DNA of 64,000 nt from Candidatus Dadabacteria bacterium (GCA_963805855.1 CAWDVW010000007.1:128001-192000), one strand, 5' to 3'; shown: positions 11,348-21,555, numbered from the stretch's first letter. A program made the numbers and translations. Notes: generated by a model not told the origin, from the letters alone.

Positions 11348-11530
11348 TATAAGTAAATTCTGATCTTACAGAGTAGTAGTTTTTTACTTCTATGGACTTG
11401 AACAGCTTCAGATTTTAACTGCCGAATTCCCTGCGGCTTCCTGCAAGTAATTTGATTATTTTGATACGACAAATAGCAGTGGTGAATGGCCGTTTATCCT
11501 CACTATCAATCAATAATCGCAGAACGGAAT

Positions 11531-12067
11531 TTATATTATTTCTCTACCTGTTTCTTTAATTTTTCGAGTCCTCGCTGGAACATAGGTTTCGTCATAGACT
11601 CCATAATAAGCGCGAAATAACCACCTATAATTGGTCTTATCCATATTGCCCTCCATACTCCAGGTTACTTTCGTTTGACCCTCTTCCACGGGCTCATAAA
11701 CCATTGCGCTTTTGCACTCATATTTACCACTACCGAATAACAGGTCATATTCAATACCCGTAGCAGGAGACGAAGACGTGAGAATGAGTCCGCCATCTCC
11801 ATCCTTGCCGACCCATGACTGGCTCGCTCCGATACCTAAGGTTTCATCGCCGTAGGTGATGATAATTGTTGGGTCTCGCTCTGTCCATGGTTCCCATTCG
11901 CGCCATTTCTTTAAATCGCCGACATATTCATGAATTGCCGCTGGTTTTGCGTCTATGATAATCGACCTATTCACACTATAATTGGTGGGTAAAAATATTC
12001 CTATGATTATGACGATCAAGATCAATAACAAAAATGCTATAGAGAGGACTTTGAAAAACTTACTCAT
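11531..12067 (-). CDS. SRPBCC (polyketide cyclase/START-like) family protein with a frameshift near the 3' end
   Basis: N-terminal TM helix, VNRSIIIDA, W..WEPW. After ...GNMDK (~11636) another frame reads PIIGGYFALIMESMTKPMFQRGLEKLKKQVEK*, the typical family C-terminal helix. Confidence 0.75.
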   Translation of the reverse strand: MSKFFKVLSIAFLLLILIVIIIGIFLPTNYSVNRSIIIDAKPAAIHEYVGDLKKWREWEPWTERDPTIIITYGDETLGIGASQSWVGKDGDGGLILTSSSPATGIEYDLLFGSGKYECKSAMVYEPVEEGQTKVTWSMEGNMDKTNYRWLFRAYYGVYDETYVPARTRKIKETGREII

Positions 12068-12209
12068 CGCGGCGGATCCTCCATGATTCTTATTCACAGG
12101 TCAATCAACATTTTCACTTAAAATTGTGCAGTCGTACGATCGGCTCTGAGTTTGAAAATATACTAACAAATTAACTTAATTATAAAACCGAAAAAATTAA
12201 TAATATAAC

Positions 12210-12743
12210 ATGCTATTTAAAAAGAAGAACATACTCGTCACGGGGCTTCCCGGTATAGGCAAGACAACGCTCATTAAGGCTTTATCTTCGGAACTAAAAC
12301 TGTATCGCCCAAGTGGATTTTACACTGAGGAATTGAGAGAAGGCGGAGTCAGAAAGGGATTTGAGCTTGTTAGCCTCGATGGTGGAGGGATGATTCTATC
12401 TCACCAGGATATAATAACGGGATACAGGGTTGGCAAATATAAAGTGGATGTAGCAGGCTTTGAAATATTTCTGGGAAAAGTAAGGTTCTTTGAACCTGGG
12501 ATCGAGCTGATTATCATAGATGAGATAGGGAAAATGGAATGTTTATCAAATAAATTTAAGGAGATGATGGAGCAAATTCTTGATTCAGAGAAAATAGTCG
12601 TAGCAACAATTGCTCTCAAGGCTGGAGGATTTATTGGAGACTTAAAGAAGCGAGAAGATGTGAAGCTTTTTGAAATGACAAAAGATAATCGGAATTCTCT
12701 ACTCCCGGAAATTCTAGATGAAGTGAAAACATTGTTACCTTAA
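12210..12743 (+). CDS. Nucleoside-triphosphatase (THEP1/NTPase_1 family)
   Basis: TGLPGIGKTT Walker A, GFYTEE, IIIDEIGKME. Confidence 0.9.
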   Translation: MLFKKKNILVTGLPGIGKTTLIKALSSELKLYRPSGFYTEELREGGVRKGFELVSLDGGGMILSHQDIITGYRVGKYKVDVAGFEIFLGKVRFFEPGIELIIIDEIGKMECLSNKFKEMMEQILDSEKIVVATIALKAGGFIGDLKKREDVKLFEMTKDNRNSLLPEILDEVKTLLP

Positions 12744-12933
12744 TTTCATTTAGGAATGGCGATTAGATATTTACTTCATGAAGTTCTTTCGACACTTGAT
12801 ACAAAAAGTTTCGTTTTTTTGTATCCGTATCTCTTAAACAATTTGAGAAGTGCATAACACAACTTGCGTTGAAGCAAGGTTAACGGCTTCAGCCTCTTCC
12901 TAACCACTCACCCGCGTCGTCGTCGACCAGTCT

Positions 12934-13023
12934 TGTCATTTCGAATGAATATGAGAAATCTTTCCTTTGTTTTTGCATTTACTGAGTTAACTACTAGATC
13001 TCTCACATTTGTTCGAGATGACA
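12934..13023. repeat. REPIN-like inverted pair TGTCATTTCGAA..GAGAAATCT / AGATCTCTC..TTCGAGATGACA
   Basis: Arms are near reverse complements; a related copy, including a similar spacer, lies in opposite orientation at 21219-21307. Confidence 0.75.
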
Positions 13024-13205
13024 GGAAAAAAGTTGTTGCGAGCGGGTCGAAGCGATTTCCAACCTAAGTTGAACAGATAACCCTATCGCAAGCTATAAGG
13101 GGAATTCGGTAATTAAACTTTAAGGTTATTATTAGAAAGAATATTTAGACAACAAGCTGTAAGGTTGTCTTTGTATAAAACTTGAGTATAAAATGAGTTC
13201 ATCTG

Positions 13206-15068
13206 ATGGTCAAAATCAAACCCGAGTTGCCTTTGCTTATATACGATGGGGATTGTGAAGTTTGTCGCCACTGGGTGGACTACTGGAAGTCGTTGACCGG
13301 AGATAGAGTAAGATACGCACCGTTTCAAAATGTTGCCTTTGATTTTCCTGAGATTCCTCTCGGGCATTTTAAAAAATTTGTCGTTCTCATAACTCCCGAT
13401 GGCGAGCTGTATAAAGGTGCTGAGGCTGTTTTCAGGGTTCTGACCTGCTGTTCGGGTAAGAGTTGGTATCTATGGCTATACATGAAAATTCCCGGATTTT
13501 CATCTATATCCGAAGCCGCTTATCGTTTATTCGCGTCACATCGGTCCTTTTTCTATAAAGTCACCATGGTTCTTTGGGGCAGGGATCTTGGTCCTCACAC
13601 ATTTAGGATCTCGCGCTGGGTGTTTCTAAGGCTTCTGGGAATAATTTATTTGATCGCTTTTTTTTCTTTTTTTACGCAGATTCTTGGTCTTATAGGCAGT
13701 AATGGGATTCTCCCGGCAGATATTTTTTTAGGCTCATTGAAGATTAGCCTAGGGTGGAAGGCTTATGTGGGGCTACCCACTCTGGCCTGGATAAACTATG
13801 GTGATGGATTTCTTAGATTTATCCCTCTTTGCGGAATGCTGTTGTCGTTGTTTCTCATCGCTGGGCTATTTACTTTCCCCGTATTACTAGGTCTATGGTT
13901 ACTATACCTTTCTCTGGCTAACATAGGCCAGGATTTTATGTCTTTTCAGTGGGATGTCCTGCTTTTAGAAGCGGGTTTTCTTGCGATCTTCTTGGCTCCT
14001 TTGGCTGTGTTTGAGAGGGCTTCAAGCGGATCATCACCCTCAAAAATTGTCCTGTGGCTTTTAAGATTCTTATTATTCCGTCTCATGTTTTCTTCGGGAA
14101 TAGGCAAGATCGTGAGCGGGGATCCTGCCTGGCGCGATTTCACCGCTCTCGCATTTCATTATTACACTCAGCCCCTACCTACGCCAATTGCGTGGTACAT
14201 GAATCAGCTCCCACTCTGGTTCCAAAAACTTTCTGTTGGCTTTATGTATCTTGTAGAAGTAGTGGTTCCTTTTTTTATTTTTGCTCCCAGCCGACTTCGG
14301 TATTTCGCAGGAGTCATGATCATACTTTTACAGGTGCTCATTTTGCTTACAGGAAACTATACATTCTTTAATTTGCTCAGCATCGCACTATGCGTATTGT
14401 TATTTGATGACTCATTTTTGAGAGCTATTTTGCCAAGTAAAACCAAGATTCATACCGTCTCTCAAGAAATTGATATTAAATCTGGCTTCGGATTTTCAAT
14501 GAAACGACTCGTTGCCGTCTTATTTTTCGTCGTTATGTTTGCTCTCGGGTGTATCCAGCTCGGTAAGGCTGTGGTCGGTTATAGGAGTATGCCAAGAGTT
14601 TTCCAAAATGTGATACGTTGGGTTTCACTATACAGGATTGTAAATAGCTATGGACTATTTACAGTAATGACCACTTCACGTCCTGAAATTATTATTGAAG
14701 GAAGCAATGACGGAAGGGATTGGCAAGAGTATAAGTTTAAATATAAGCCGGGTGATCTCAAGAAGCCGCTGCCATGGGTAGCTCCGCTCCAGCCCAGGCT
14801 CGATTGGCAGATGTGGTTCGCTGCATTGAGCAGCTATCAGGCTAATCCATGGTTTACTAATTTTATGTTGCAAATTCTTGAAGGCTCGCGCGAGGTCTTA
14901 GATCTCCTGGATCAGAATCCTTTCCCTGAAAGTCCGCCAAAGTATCTTCGCGCATCGGTTTATGAGTATAATTTTACAGATCCAGAAACCAGGAGGACTA
15001 CCGGGGATATTTGGAGCAGGGAACTTAAGGGGCTCTATCTCCCTATTCTGAGTCTGCAAGTTGATTAA
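13206..15068 (+). CDS. Lipase maturation factor family membrane protein with N-terminal DCC1/DUF393 thiol-disulfide domain
   Basis: N-terminal YDGDCEVC; LMF motifs FQWDVLLLEAGFL, HYYTQPLP, TGNYTFFN, NSYGLF, QPRLDWQMWFAAL. Confidence 0.9.
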   Translation: MVKIKPELPLLIYDGDCEVCRHWVDYWKSLTGDRVRYAPFQNVAFDFPEIPLGHFKKFVVLITPDGELYKGAEAVFRVLTCCSGKSWYLWLYMKIPGFSSISEAAYRLFASHRSFFYKVTMVLWGRDLGPHTFRISRWVFLRLLGIIYLIAFFSFFTQILGLIGSNGILPADIFLGSLKISLGWKAYVGLPTLAWINYGDGFLRFIPLCGMLLSLFLIAGLFTFPVLLGLWLLYLSLANIGQDFMSFQWDVLLLEAGFLAIFLAPLAVFERASSGSSPSKIVLWLLRFLLFRLMFSSGIGKIVSGDPAWRDFTALAFHYYTQPLPTPIAWYMNQLPLWFQKLSVGFMYLVEVVVPFFIFAPSRLRYFAGVMIILLQVLILLTGNYTFFNLLSIALCVLLFDDSFLRAILPSKTKIHTVSQEIDIKSGFGFSMKRLVAVLFFVVMFALGCIQLGKAVVGYRSMPRVFQNVIRWVSLYRIVNSYGLFTVMTTSRPEIIIEGSNDGRDWQEYKFKYKPGDLKKPLPWVAPLQPRLDWQMWFAALSSYQANPWFTNFMLQILEGSREVLDLLDQNPFPESPPKYLRASVYEYNFTDPETRRTTGDIWSRELKGLYLPILSLQVD

Positions 15069-15107
15069 AGATATATTTAGTCTTGAGTGTCTAACTTGAT
15101 AAAAAAA

Positions 15108-15129
15108 TTGACAAAAATATTTTTGTGAA
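15108..15129. promoter_or_regulatory. Palindrome overlapping a TTGACA hexamer upstream of the STAS gene
   Basis: ttgACAAAAATATTTTTGTgaa; perfect 16-bp core at 15111-15126. Confidence 0.35.
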
Positions 15130-15187
15130 GTGTTTCTATGGTAAAAATGTTATTATGTAATTGGCATTTCTAAAAAAGGAGGGGGTC

Positions 15188-15559
15188 ATGCCACTAAACG
15201 TTACTTCGAGAGAAAAGGAGCCTGGTGTTTTTACCTTGTCTTCGGAAGGTTCGCTTGACACCAACACATACTCAATCTTGGAGAAGCATGTAGATTCAAT
15301 TCTGGAGGGTTCTCCAAAAGTTATTATTTTTGATATGGAGTACTTGAACTATATAAGCAGCATGGGTGTCAGGGTCATACTGAAGGCCAGAAAAGCCCTT
15401 GAAAAGCGTGGCGGGAATGTTGTTCTTTTGAGTCTGAAGCCGCACATTAAGAAGGTGTTTGATATCATAAATGCCTTGCCGTCAGAACAGGTTTTTTCAA
15501 GCGTTGAGGAAATGGACCGGTATCTTGACCGGATGCAAAGAAAAATAACGGAAGATTGA
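15188..15559 (+). CDS. STAS domain anti-sigma-factor antagonist (RsbV/SpoIIAA-like)
   Basis: GSLDT, YISSMGVR phospho-serine motif; AAGGAGG RBS before ATG 15188. Confidence 0.9.
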   Translation: MPLNVTSREKEPGVFTLSSEGSLDTNTYSILEKHVDSILEGSPKVIIFDMEYLNYISSMGVRVILKARKALEKRGGNVVLLSLKPHIKKVFDIINALPSEQVFSSVEEMDRYLDRMQRKITED

Positions 15560-15619
15560 TGTCCTGAAATGCGTCTATCAGATAGTACTGCTAGCTCAAT
15601 CGTCCCACCTGTTTTAGAT

Positions 15620-16045
15620 CTAACTAGGCTTGGCCTTTTTCTTCATGATTAGCAGATTCCTTTCTTCCTTCCTCTTGTACTGTAAAGAATCCATATGATT
15701 CTTCACTAAATGGATTCCAAGTCCCCCGATGGGTCTTTCGTCAAGCGGTTTATGTATATTGGGCGGCTCAACCTCCAGTGGATTAAATGGCTTTCCGTCA
15801 TCCTCCACTTCGATGTAAACCTGATCTTGATGTAAATTCAGGCGCACATGTATTACATGATCATCATTATCGTCGTAGCCATATCTAATAATATTTGTAA
15901 GTATTTCTTCTAGCGAAAGATTTAGCGCAAAGGCTGTATCCGGTGGCAATTTGTTAGATGCACAAAATTCACCGATGATTTGGCTAATTCTGCCAATTTC
16001 GGTCAATTCGTTCTTGAGTTCAACTGATATTTTCTTGCTCATCAT
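15620..16045 (-). CDS. Anti-sigma factor / Ser kinase (RsbW-like HATPase)
   Basis: LEEILTNIIRYG, EDDGKPFNP, GGLGIHLV. Confidence 0.9.
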   Translation of the reverse strand: MMSKKISVELKNELTEIGRISQIIGEFCASNKLPPDTAFALNLSLEEILTNIIRYGYDDNDDHVIHVRLNLHQDQVYIEVEDDGKPFNPLEVEPPNIHKPLDERPIGGLGIHLVKNHMDSLQYKRKEERNLLIMKKKAKPS

Positions 16046-17967
16046 CCTGAAAATTTTATAGCCATTAGGGTTATGTCATCCGCTTGAGGACTGCCGGACG
16101 AGAAATTGATAATCTCAGCAAGAGTACCTCGTATAATATCCTCAGGATTGAAGTCTCTTTGATTTGCTAAAAAGTTTACTAATCTTTCTTCAGAATACAT
16201 TTTACCGGTGCTATCCATTGCTTCTGTAACCCCGTCCGTAAAGAGAAATATTTCATCTCCAGGTTTCAGGGTTACTCTTCCAGTTGAATAGATTGATCTT
16301 TCCGATATTCCCAAGGCCGTTCCTGAGTTATCTTCTAGGACTTTTAATCCTAGATTCTGTGATAATAGGTACGGAGGATTGTGTCCGCCATTGCTGTATA
16401 GAAATTCTCCGGTTCTTGTATTTAGTATTCCAGAGAAAATGGTCACAAACATCGCTGTGTCGTTATCGACACACAGTTCGTTGTTAACCAACGAAAGGGT
16501 TTCTCTGGGAGCCATGCCATATGTGGTTTTTGCTTTTATAAGCGTTTTGGTTACCGCCATGAAAAGAGAGGCCGGTACTCCCTTGCCGGAGACATCACCG
16601 ATGCAGAAAAACAAATGATCATCGTCTACGAAGAAAAAGTCGTAAAAATCACCTCCAACCTCTTTTGCCGGTTCAATTGATGCAAATATTTCAAATTCCT
16701 TTCTAGTGGGAAATGGAGGGAATATCTTTGGCAGGATACTCATTTGTATTTCACGCGCTACACTTAGCTCGCTCTCTATTCTTTCCTTAGCCGCGGTAGC
16801 CTCCGTAAGTTCTTTTATATAATTTTTTAGTGATCGTTCCATGTATATGAATGAATCAGTCAGCTTCCCCACCTCATCTCCTGATTTAGAAGCTGGTATT
16901 TCGGTGTCCAGATTTCCGATGGCGATATCTTTCGTCGCATTCGCAAGGAGCCTGAGAGGTTTTGTAATTGAACGTGATATCACTACGATCATAATCAAAA
17001 CGATAGATAGGCCGGCAACTCCGATGATGAGGACGTTTCTATTGAGTCTGGTTATGTCCGACATCAGTTCATCTTCTGGGAAAAGCACGCCCAGCGACCA
17101 TCCACTCGTGAATAAGGGGGCAAAGAACATCCAGTATTCTTCGTTTGAATTAAAGCCATTGAGTGGTACAAAGCCGGACTGGCCAGAGATCATTCTTCTA
17201 CCAATCTCTCGGAGTTCCTGATCTTTACGTTGCTCCGCCAGGCTGAATATAGTTTCATTCATAATCAAGCTGCTGTTTGGATGTGTTACTATCGTGCCAT
17301 TCTTGGAGATTAGGAATCCGTAGCCTGTCTTGGAGATCTCGATGGATGATATCATCTTTTCCAACCAGTCAAGCGAGATGTCGGCCGTTACGATGCCAAT
17401 GAATTGCTTTTTGCCGTTTGAGTTCTTGTAGAATGGTACTGAATAGGTGGACATTATTATGTTCCCACCGCCCTCATCGTAATACGGCTCGCTCCATTGT
17501 GGTTTATCGAGCTCTTTGGGAATTTGGTACCAGTCCCAGTAAAAATATCTGTATCGTTCACCGCCAAGGTAGGTGAATTCTATCTTTCCGTTGTCTTTGT
17601 AGAAGTAAGGAGCAAAGTAAAGTGAATCCTTATCGAAAGCATATGGCTCGAATGCTATAGTGGATCCAAAGATCTCGGAGTTATTCTCGACTATTGTGCG
17701 TAGGAGATTCAATATTTCACCCTTATTATATTTGGAATACTCCAAAAAATAGGCAAGATTCTCGGGTATTTTCTCAAAGGATTGCAAGATTGTCTCGATT
17801 CTACTCACTGCATTGAAGGTCAGGTTCTTAGCATTCTCCCTCACGTTGTTTAAGATTAGCTTTCGCGAGATTTGATAGCTGTATCCGAAGATGATGAGGA
17901 ATATTATTGCTGTGGTTGAAAGAATGAAAATACTGAGTTTGAATGCGATGCCTTTATTTCTAAGCAT
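16042..17967 (-). CDS. Membrane PP2C/SpoIIE phosphatase with dCache sensor and HAMP (RsbU-like)
   Basis: Two TM helices flanking a Cache region (WSEPYYDEG), HAMP, VGGDFYD, GDVSGKGVPA, FTDGVTEA, DDIT. Confidence 0.92.
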   Translation of the reverse strand: MLRNKGIAFKLSIFILSTTAIIFLIIFGYSYQISRKLILNNVRENAKNLTFNAVSRIETILQSFEKIPENLAYFLEYSKYNKGEILNLLRTIVENNSEIFGSTIAFEPYAFDKDSLYFAPYFYKDNGKIEFTYLGGERYRYFYWDWYQIPKELDKPQWSEPYYDEGGGNIIMSTYSVPFYKNSNGKKQFIGIVTADISLDWLEKMISSIEISKTGYGFLISKNGTIVTHPNSSLIMNETIFSLAEQRKDQELREIGRRMISGQSGFVPLNGFNSNEEYWMFFAPLFTSGWSLGVLFPEDELMSDITRLNRNVLIIGVAGLSIVLIMIVVISRSITKPLRLLANATKDIAIGNLDTEIPASKSGDEVGKLTDSFIYMERSLKNYIKELTEATAAKERIESELSVAREIQMSILPKIFPPFPTRKEFEIFASIEPAKEVGGDFYDFFFVDDDHLFFCIGDVSGKGVPASLFMAVTKTLIKAKTTYGMAPRETLSLVNNELCVDNDTAMFVTIFSGILNTRTGEFLYSNGGHNPPYLLSQNLGLKVLEDNSGTALGISERSIYSTGRVTLKPGDEIFLFTDGVTEAMDSTGKMYSEERLVNFLANQRDFNPEDIIRGTLAEIINFSSGSPQADDITLMAIKFSG

Positions 17968-17968
17968 A

Positions 17969-18946
17969 TCAGTTGCAAATTTCGTAGAATTCTCTAAATT
18001 GGGGGGGGGCTTTCGTTAAGCCAGTTTTTTTAAGTTCATCGGTCACTCTATTATAGTCCTCTTCCTTGAGCACTCCGATTGTTGTTAGATCTCCATCAGC
18101 TATAATGATATCCCTCATTTTGTCTAGCATCCACTTTTGGTGCGCTCGGTTTGCAGGCAGTTTTGAATTTCGCATGTACTTCAGGACAATCTCTATAGCC
18201 TCATCGGGATTTTCAAACGTATATTTCCATCCTTCGATTGAAGCTTTCACGAAAGCACAACTGAGTGAAGGGTCTTTCTCAAAATTTTCCTTTGATGTAT
18301 AGATGCCGTCCTCAGGAAAATTCAAGCCATATTCATAGAAGAAGAAGGTTCTTAGTTCGTCGGTATCAATCCCGTTGTTTAAGATAGTATGATATTCGTT
18401 ATACCACATAGCGGAAGCCACATCTACGCCATCACGGAGAAAGAGATTAATAGATTGAGATTGGGGTATTATTTTTGGCTCCACCTCGTATTTTTTGAAC
18501 AGGGCACGGGGTTGCACCTGAAATTCCGGACCCCAGAGCCCGATCTTTTTCCCATCCATATCCTTCGGACCATTGATCTTACTGGATTTTTTTGTCACGA
18601 GCATCAAGGCAGAACGTTGAACAATCTGTGCTATGTTGACGAGATTGACTCCGTCTGCCTTTTCTCTTATAGCGGTAGAAAGAAACATTGTAGCAAAATC
18701 GGACTTGCCATTCTTCAAGTACTCTGCAGATGGGCTTTCGGGTCCCCCATTCATAATTGTCAGGTCAATACCGTATTTTTTGTAGATTCCCTTTTCATAT
18801 GCGACGTAATAGCCAGCAAATTGAGCCTGATGAGACCACTGCGCGATAAACCTCGCTTTTTTCGAAGGAGAAGCGTACGCTTTTGTATCAACACCATTGA
18901 CTGAACTGCTTAAAAGGACTAAACAAAATATAATAAATGTTTTCAT
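17969..18946 (-). CDS. NMT1/THI5-like solute-binding protein
   Basis: Signal peptide; QWSHQAQFAGYYVAYEKG; AMWYNE; AFVKASIEGWKY. Confidence 0.85.
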   Translation of the reverse strand: MKTFIIFCLVLLSSSVNGVDTKAYASPSKKARFIAQWSHQAQFAGYYVAYEKGIYKKYGIDLTIMNGGPESPSAEYLKNGKSDFATMFLSTAIREKADGVNLVNIAQIVQRSALMLVTKKSSKINGPKDMDGKKIGLWGPEFQVQPRALFKKYEVEPKIIPQSQSINLFLRDGVDVASAMWYNEYHTILNNGIDTDELRTFFFYEYGLNFPEDGIYTSKENFEKDPSLSCAFVKASIEGWKYTFENPDEAIEIVLKYMRNSKLPANRAHQKWMLDKMRDIIIADGDLTTIGVLKEEDYNRVTDELKKTGLTKAPPQFREFYEICN

Positions 18947-19139
18947 TGATTCTTAAGATTGTATTATAATTTAATCAAGCAAGTTATTGTGGGGATTACG
19001 ATTTTCCTGGGATTTTTTCTGTCTTTTCAGCTTTGTTGGTTTCCTCTTCTTAATCTTTGAAGAGAGGTTAAATCATCATAGATGATTTTAAACTATTCTT
19101 TTTGATAAATATACTTGTTGAATGTAGCGATTTTGCTTT

Positions 19140-19237
19140 TTTGCCTGAGGAAAAATAGGGTAGGGCAGGAACCCCGGGCCCGGCCACCATAACCGAAAGG
19201 GCAATTTTAGGAAGGGATGACACAAACCCAGGGTTCG
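19140..19237 (-). ncRNA. Candidate structured RNA (long GU-containing hairpin) or 5' leader
   Basis: TATAAT at 19244-19249 (minus strand). The predicted transcript starts at a ~20-bp stem GAACCCUGGGUUUG(U)GUCAUC / GGUGGCCGGGCCCGGGGUUC (19169-19236) with a C/U-rich loop. Confidence 0.4.
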
Positions 19238-19441
19238 ATCAGTATTATAACTGAACTTTGTGCTTTTGAAATAAACAATTTCCATCAGAGGATTCTGTCT
19301 ATCGGGAAAACAGATTTTATGTTACTTTTGGGAGTAATACTTGGAATAATTATATTTAAAAAAGTTTTTACTTAAATAAAAGCTACCAACATTAAGTGCA
19401 CGGATTTATTTTTTGATTTAATAGATATTTGGGGGAACTAG

Positions 19442-21022
19442 ATGAAGAATAAGAAAGTGTATAGGTCTGAGTTGACACCTTTATCGTTTCTGCGCCGGAG
19501 CGCTTTTGTATATCCCAATAAAATTGCAGTTGTATACGGCAAGACACTCTATACCTATCGAGAATTAGAAGAAAGAGTAAATCGTTTTACTTCCAGTCTG
19601 CTGACTTCAGGACTAAAGAAGCATGAAAGGGTGGCCTTTCTCTCACCTAACACGCCTGCATTATTAGAAGCACATTTCGCAGTCCCATCCGCACGCGGCG
19701 TTATTGTCGGAATAAACACTCGCCTTAGCCCAGATGAGATTGAATACATACTCGATCATTCCGGGGCTCGTTTCCTCTTTGTTGATGAAGAGCTATATGA
19801 GCTTGTTGGAGACATTGATCATGATCGTATAAGAGTGGTACGGGTTGAGAATTCTGGAGAACCAGACGACCCTTATGAACAATTTATACAAGAAGGCTCT
19901 CCAGAGGCCGTTCAGGATATGATCGAGGATGAAGAAGAATCTATATCTATTAACTATACATCGGGAACAACCGGCAGACCCAAGGGAGTTATTTACACTC
20001 ACAGGGGTGCTTATCTAAACTCCCTCGGTTCTGTAATTGAAACGGGCATGAACGCGAACAGCGTATTTTTGTGGACGGTACCGATGTTTCATTGTAATGG
20101 CTGGTGTTTCACCTGGGCCGTTACGGCAGTGGGAGGCAAGCATGTTTGTTTGAGAAGGGTAGACCCAAGCCTTGTTTGGGATCTTATCAATGAGGAAGGT
20201 GTGACCCACATCAACGGAGCTCCTACCATTTTTACTATGTTGGTGAATGATCCCAAGTCTAAGAGGCTGGAAAGGCCTATAACTGCGACCATTGCAGCGG
20301 CTCCTCCCTCTCCGACCCTCTTTAAGCAGCTTAGGTCACTGAACTTTCGGCCTATCCATATGTATGGATTGACGGAAACCTACGGGCCGATTTCTGTTTG
20401 CGCGTGGCAGAAGGGCTGGGACGAACTTAGCATCGAAGAGCAAGCCAGTCTTCAGGCCCGACAGGGTCAGGGATATGTTACAGCCGACCTCTTGCGGATT
20501 GTAGACAGTGAAAATAATGATGTATTGAGAGATGGCGGCACCATTGGGGAGGCAGTTATGCGTGGTAATAATGTAATGAAGGGGTATTTTAATGACCCGG
20601 ATTCGACCGAGGAGGCGTTTCGGGGTGGCTATTTTCATTCTGGTGATCTTGGGGTTTGGCATCAAGACGGCTACATAGAACTTCGAGATCGCAAAAAGGA
20701 CATCATTATCTCCGGCGGGGAAAACATCTCGACGATCGAAGTTGAGCAGACTATACTGAAGCACCCCGCGGTTTTGGAGTGTGCGGTGATTGCGATACCG
20801 GATGAGAAATGGGGAGAACGGCCCAAAGCTTTTGTAAAACTGAAAGAATCTCAATCTGTCTCACAAGAAGAGCTAATAGCGTTCTGTCGCAGCAATCTTG
20901 CCCACTTTAAGTGCCCGGATAAGGTCGAGTTCTGCGACCTTCCTAAGACTTCTACGGGCAAAGTACAGAAATATCTGTTGCGAGAAAAGGAGTGGAAGGA
21001 AAAGGAAAAACGAATTAACTGA
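19442..21022 (+). CDS. Acyl-CoA synthetase (AMP-forming, medium/long-chain fatty acid-CoA ligase)
   Basis: YTSGTTGRPKG, YGLTE, SGDLG, DRKKDIIISGGEN, PKTSTGK motifs all intact. Confidence 0.93.
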   Translation: MKNKKVYRSELTPLSFLRRSAFVYPNKIAVVYGKTLYTYRELEERVNRFTSSLLTSGLKKHERVAFLSPNTPALLEAHFAVPSARGVIVGINTRLSPDEIEYILDHSGARFLFVDEELYELVGDIDHDRIRVVRVENSGEPDDPYEQFIQEGSPEAVQDMIEDEEESISINYTSGTTGRPKGVIYTHRGAYLNSLGSVIETGMNANSVFLWTVPMFHCNGWCFTWAVTAVGGKHVCLRRVDPSLVWDLINEEGVTHINGAPTIFTMLVNDPKSKRLERPITATIAAAPPSPTLFKQLRSLNFRPIHMYGLTETYGPISVCAWQKGWDELSIEEQASLQARQGQGYVTADLLRIVDSENNDVLRDGGTIGEAVMRGNNVMKGYFNDPDSTEEAFRGGYFHSGDLGVWHQDGYIELRDRKKDIIISGGENISTIEVEQTILKHPAVLECAVIAIPDEKWGERPKAFVKLKESQSVSQEELIAFCRSNLAHFKCPDKVEFCDLPKTSTGKVQKYLLREKEWKEKEKRIN

Positions 21023-21106
21023 AGTCAGATTTCTGTAGGATAGGTGTCAAGCAATTCGAGCGGAGAAGCCGAGAAAATAACAAATTTTCTTGTAATTTAT
21101 TCATCC

Positions 21107-21307
21107 GTCATCCTCGAATGTTTATATTAGCGATCCATTCTACACTTTCTTTTTTCTTTGTCTTGATACCAAGAAACAATCCTTCGACATTGCTCAGGAC
21201 AAGAGCTTACAAAAAAGGTGTCATCTCGAACGCATGTGAGAGATCTTGTAGTTAGGTTGGCAAACACAAACACAACGGAAAGATTTCTCGCTCCGCTCGA
21301 AATGACA
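21107..21307. repeat. REP/REPIN-like cluster
   Basis: GTCATCCTCGAA..GATCCA; TTCTTTGTCTTGATAC; CTTCGACATTGCTCAGGAC; REPIN 21219-21307 homologous to 12934-13023. Confidence 0.75.
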
Positions 21308-21555
21308 ATAGATGGTCTGGAGATTGAGTTTTCATGGAGGCCGTGCTGCGTCGAAGAATTCCTTCGAGATTGACAGTAATGACTGTCACTTTTCTTAACG
21401 CTTTTGGAATTGATTTTGGCAATTTTTTGAATGCCCATTTAAAATCTAAGAAACTGCCACTGAATTAAATGACATATACCGCAATGACATACGAGAGTCA
21501 TCGTTTGAGGTACTGATACCCTACTTGCTCTAGGGCTTATTCATTTAAAAGTTTT

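Noticed and set aside
19140-19260. TPP riboswitch upstream of the THI5-like gene
   Set aside because: No CUGAGA or CCUGA..UAAU..GCG.AGGGA consensus on the coding strand.
21127-21438. 103-aa minus-strand ORF
   Set aside because: It runs through REP/REPIN repeats and has no protein-like features.
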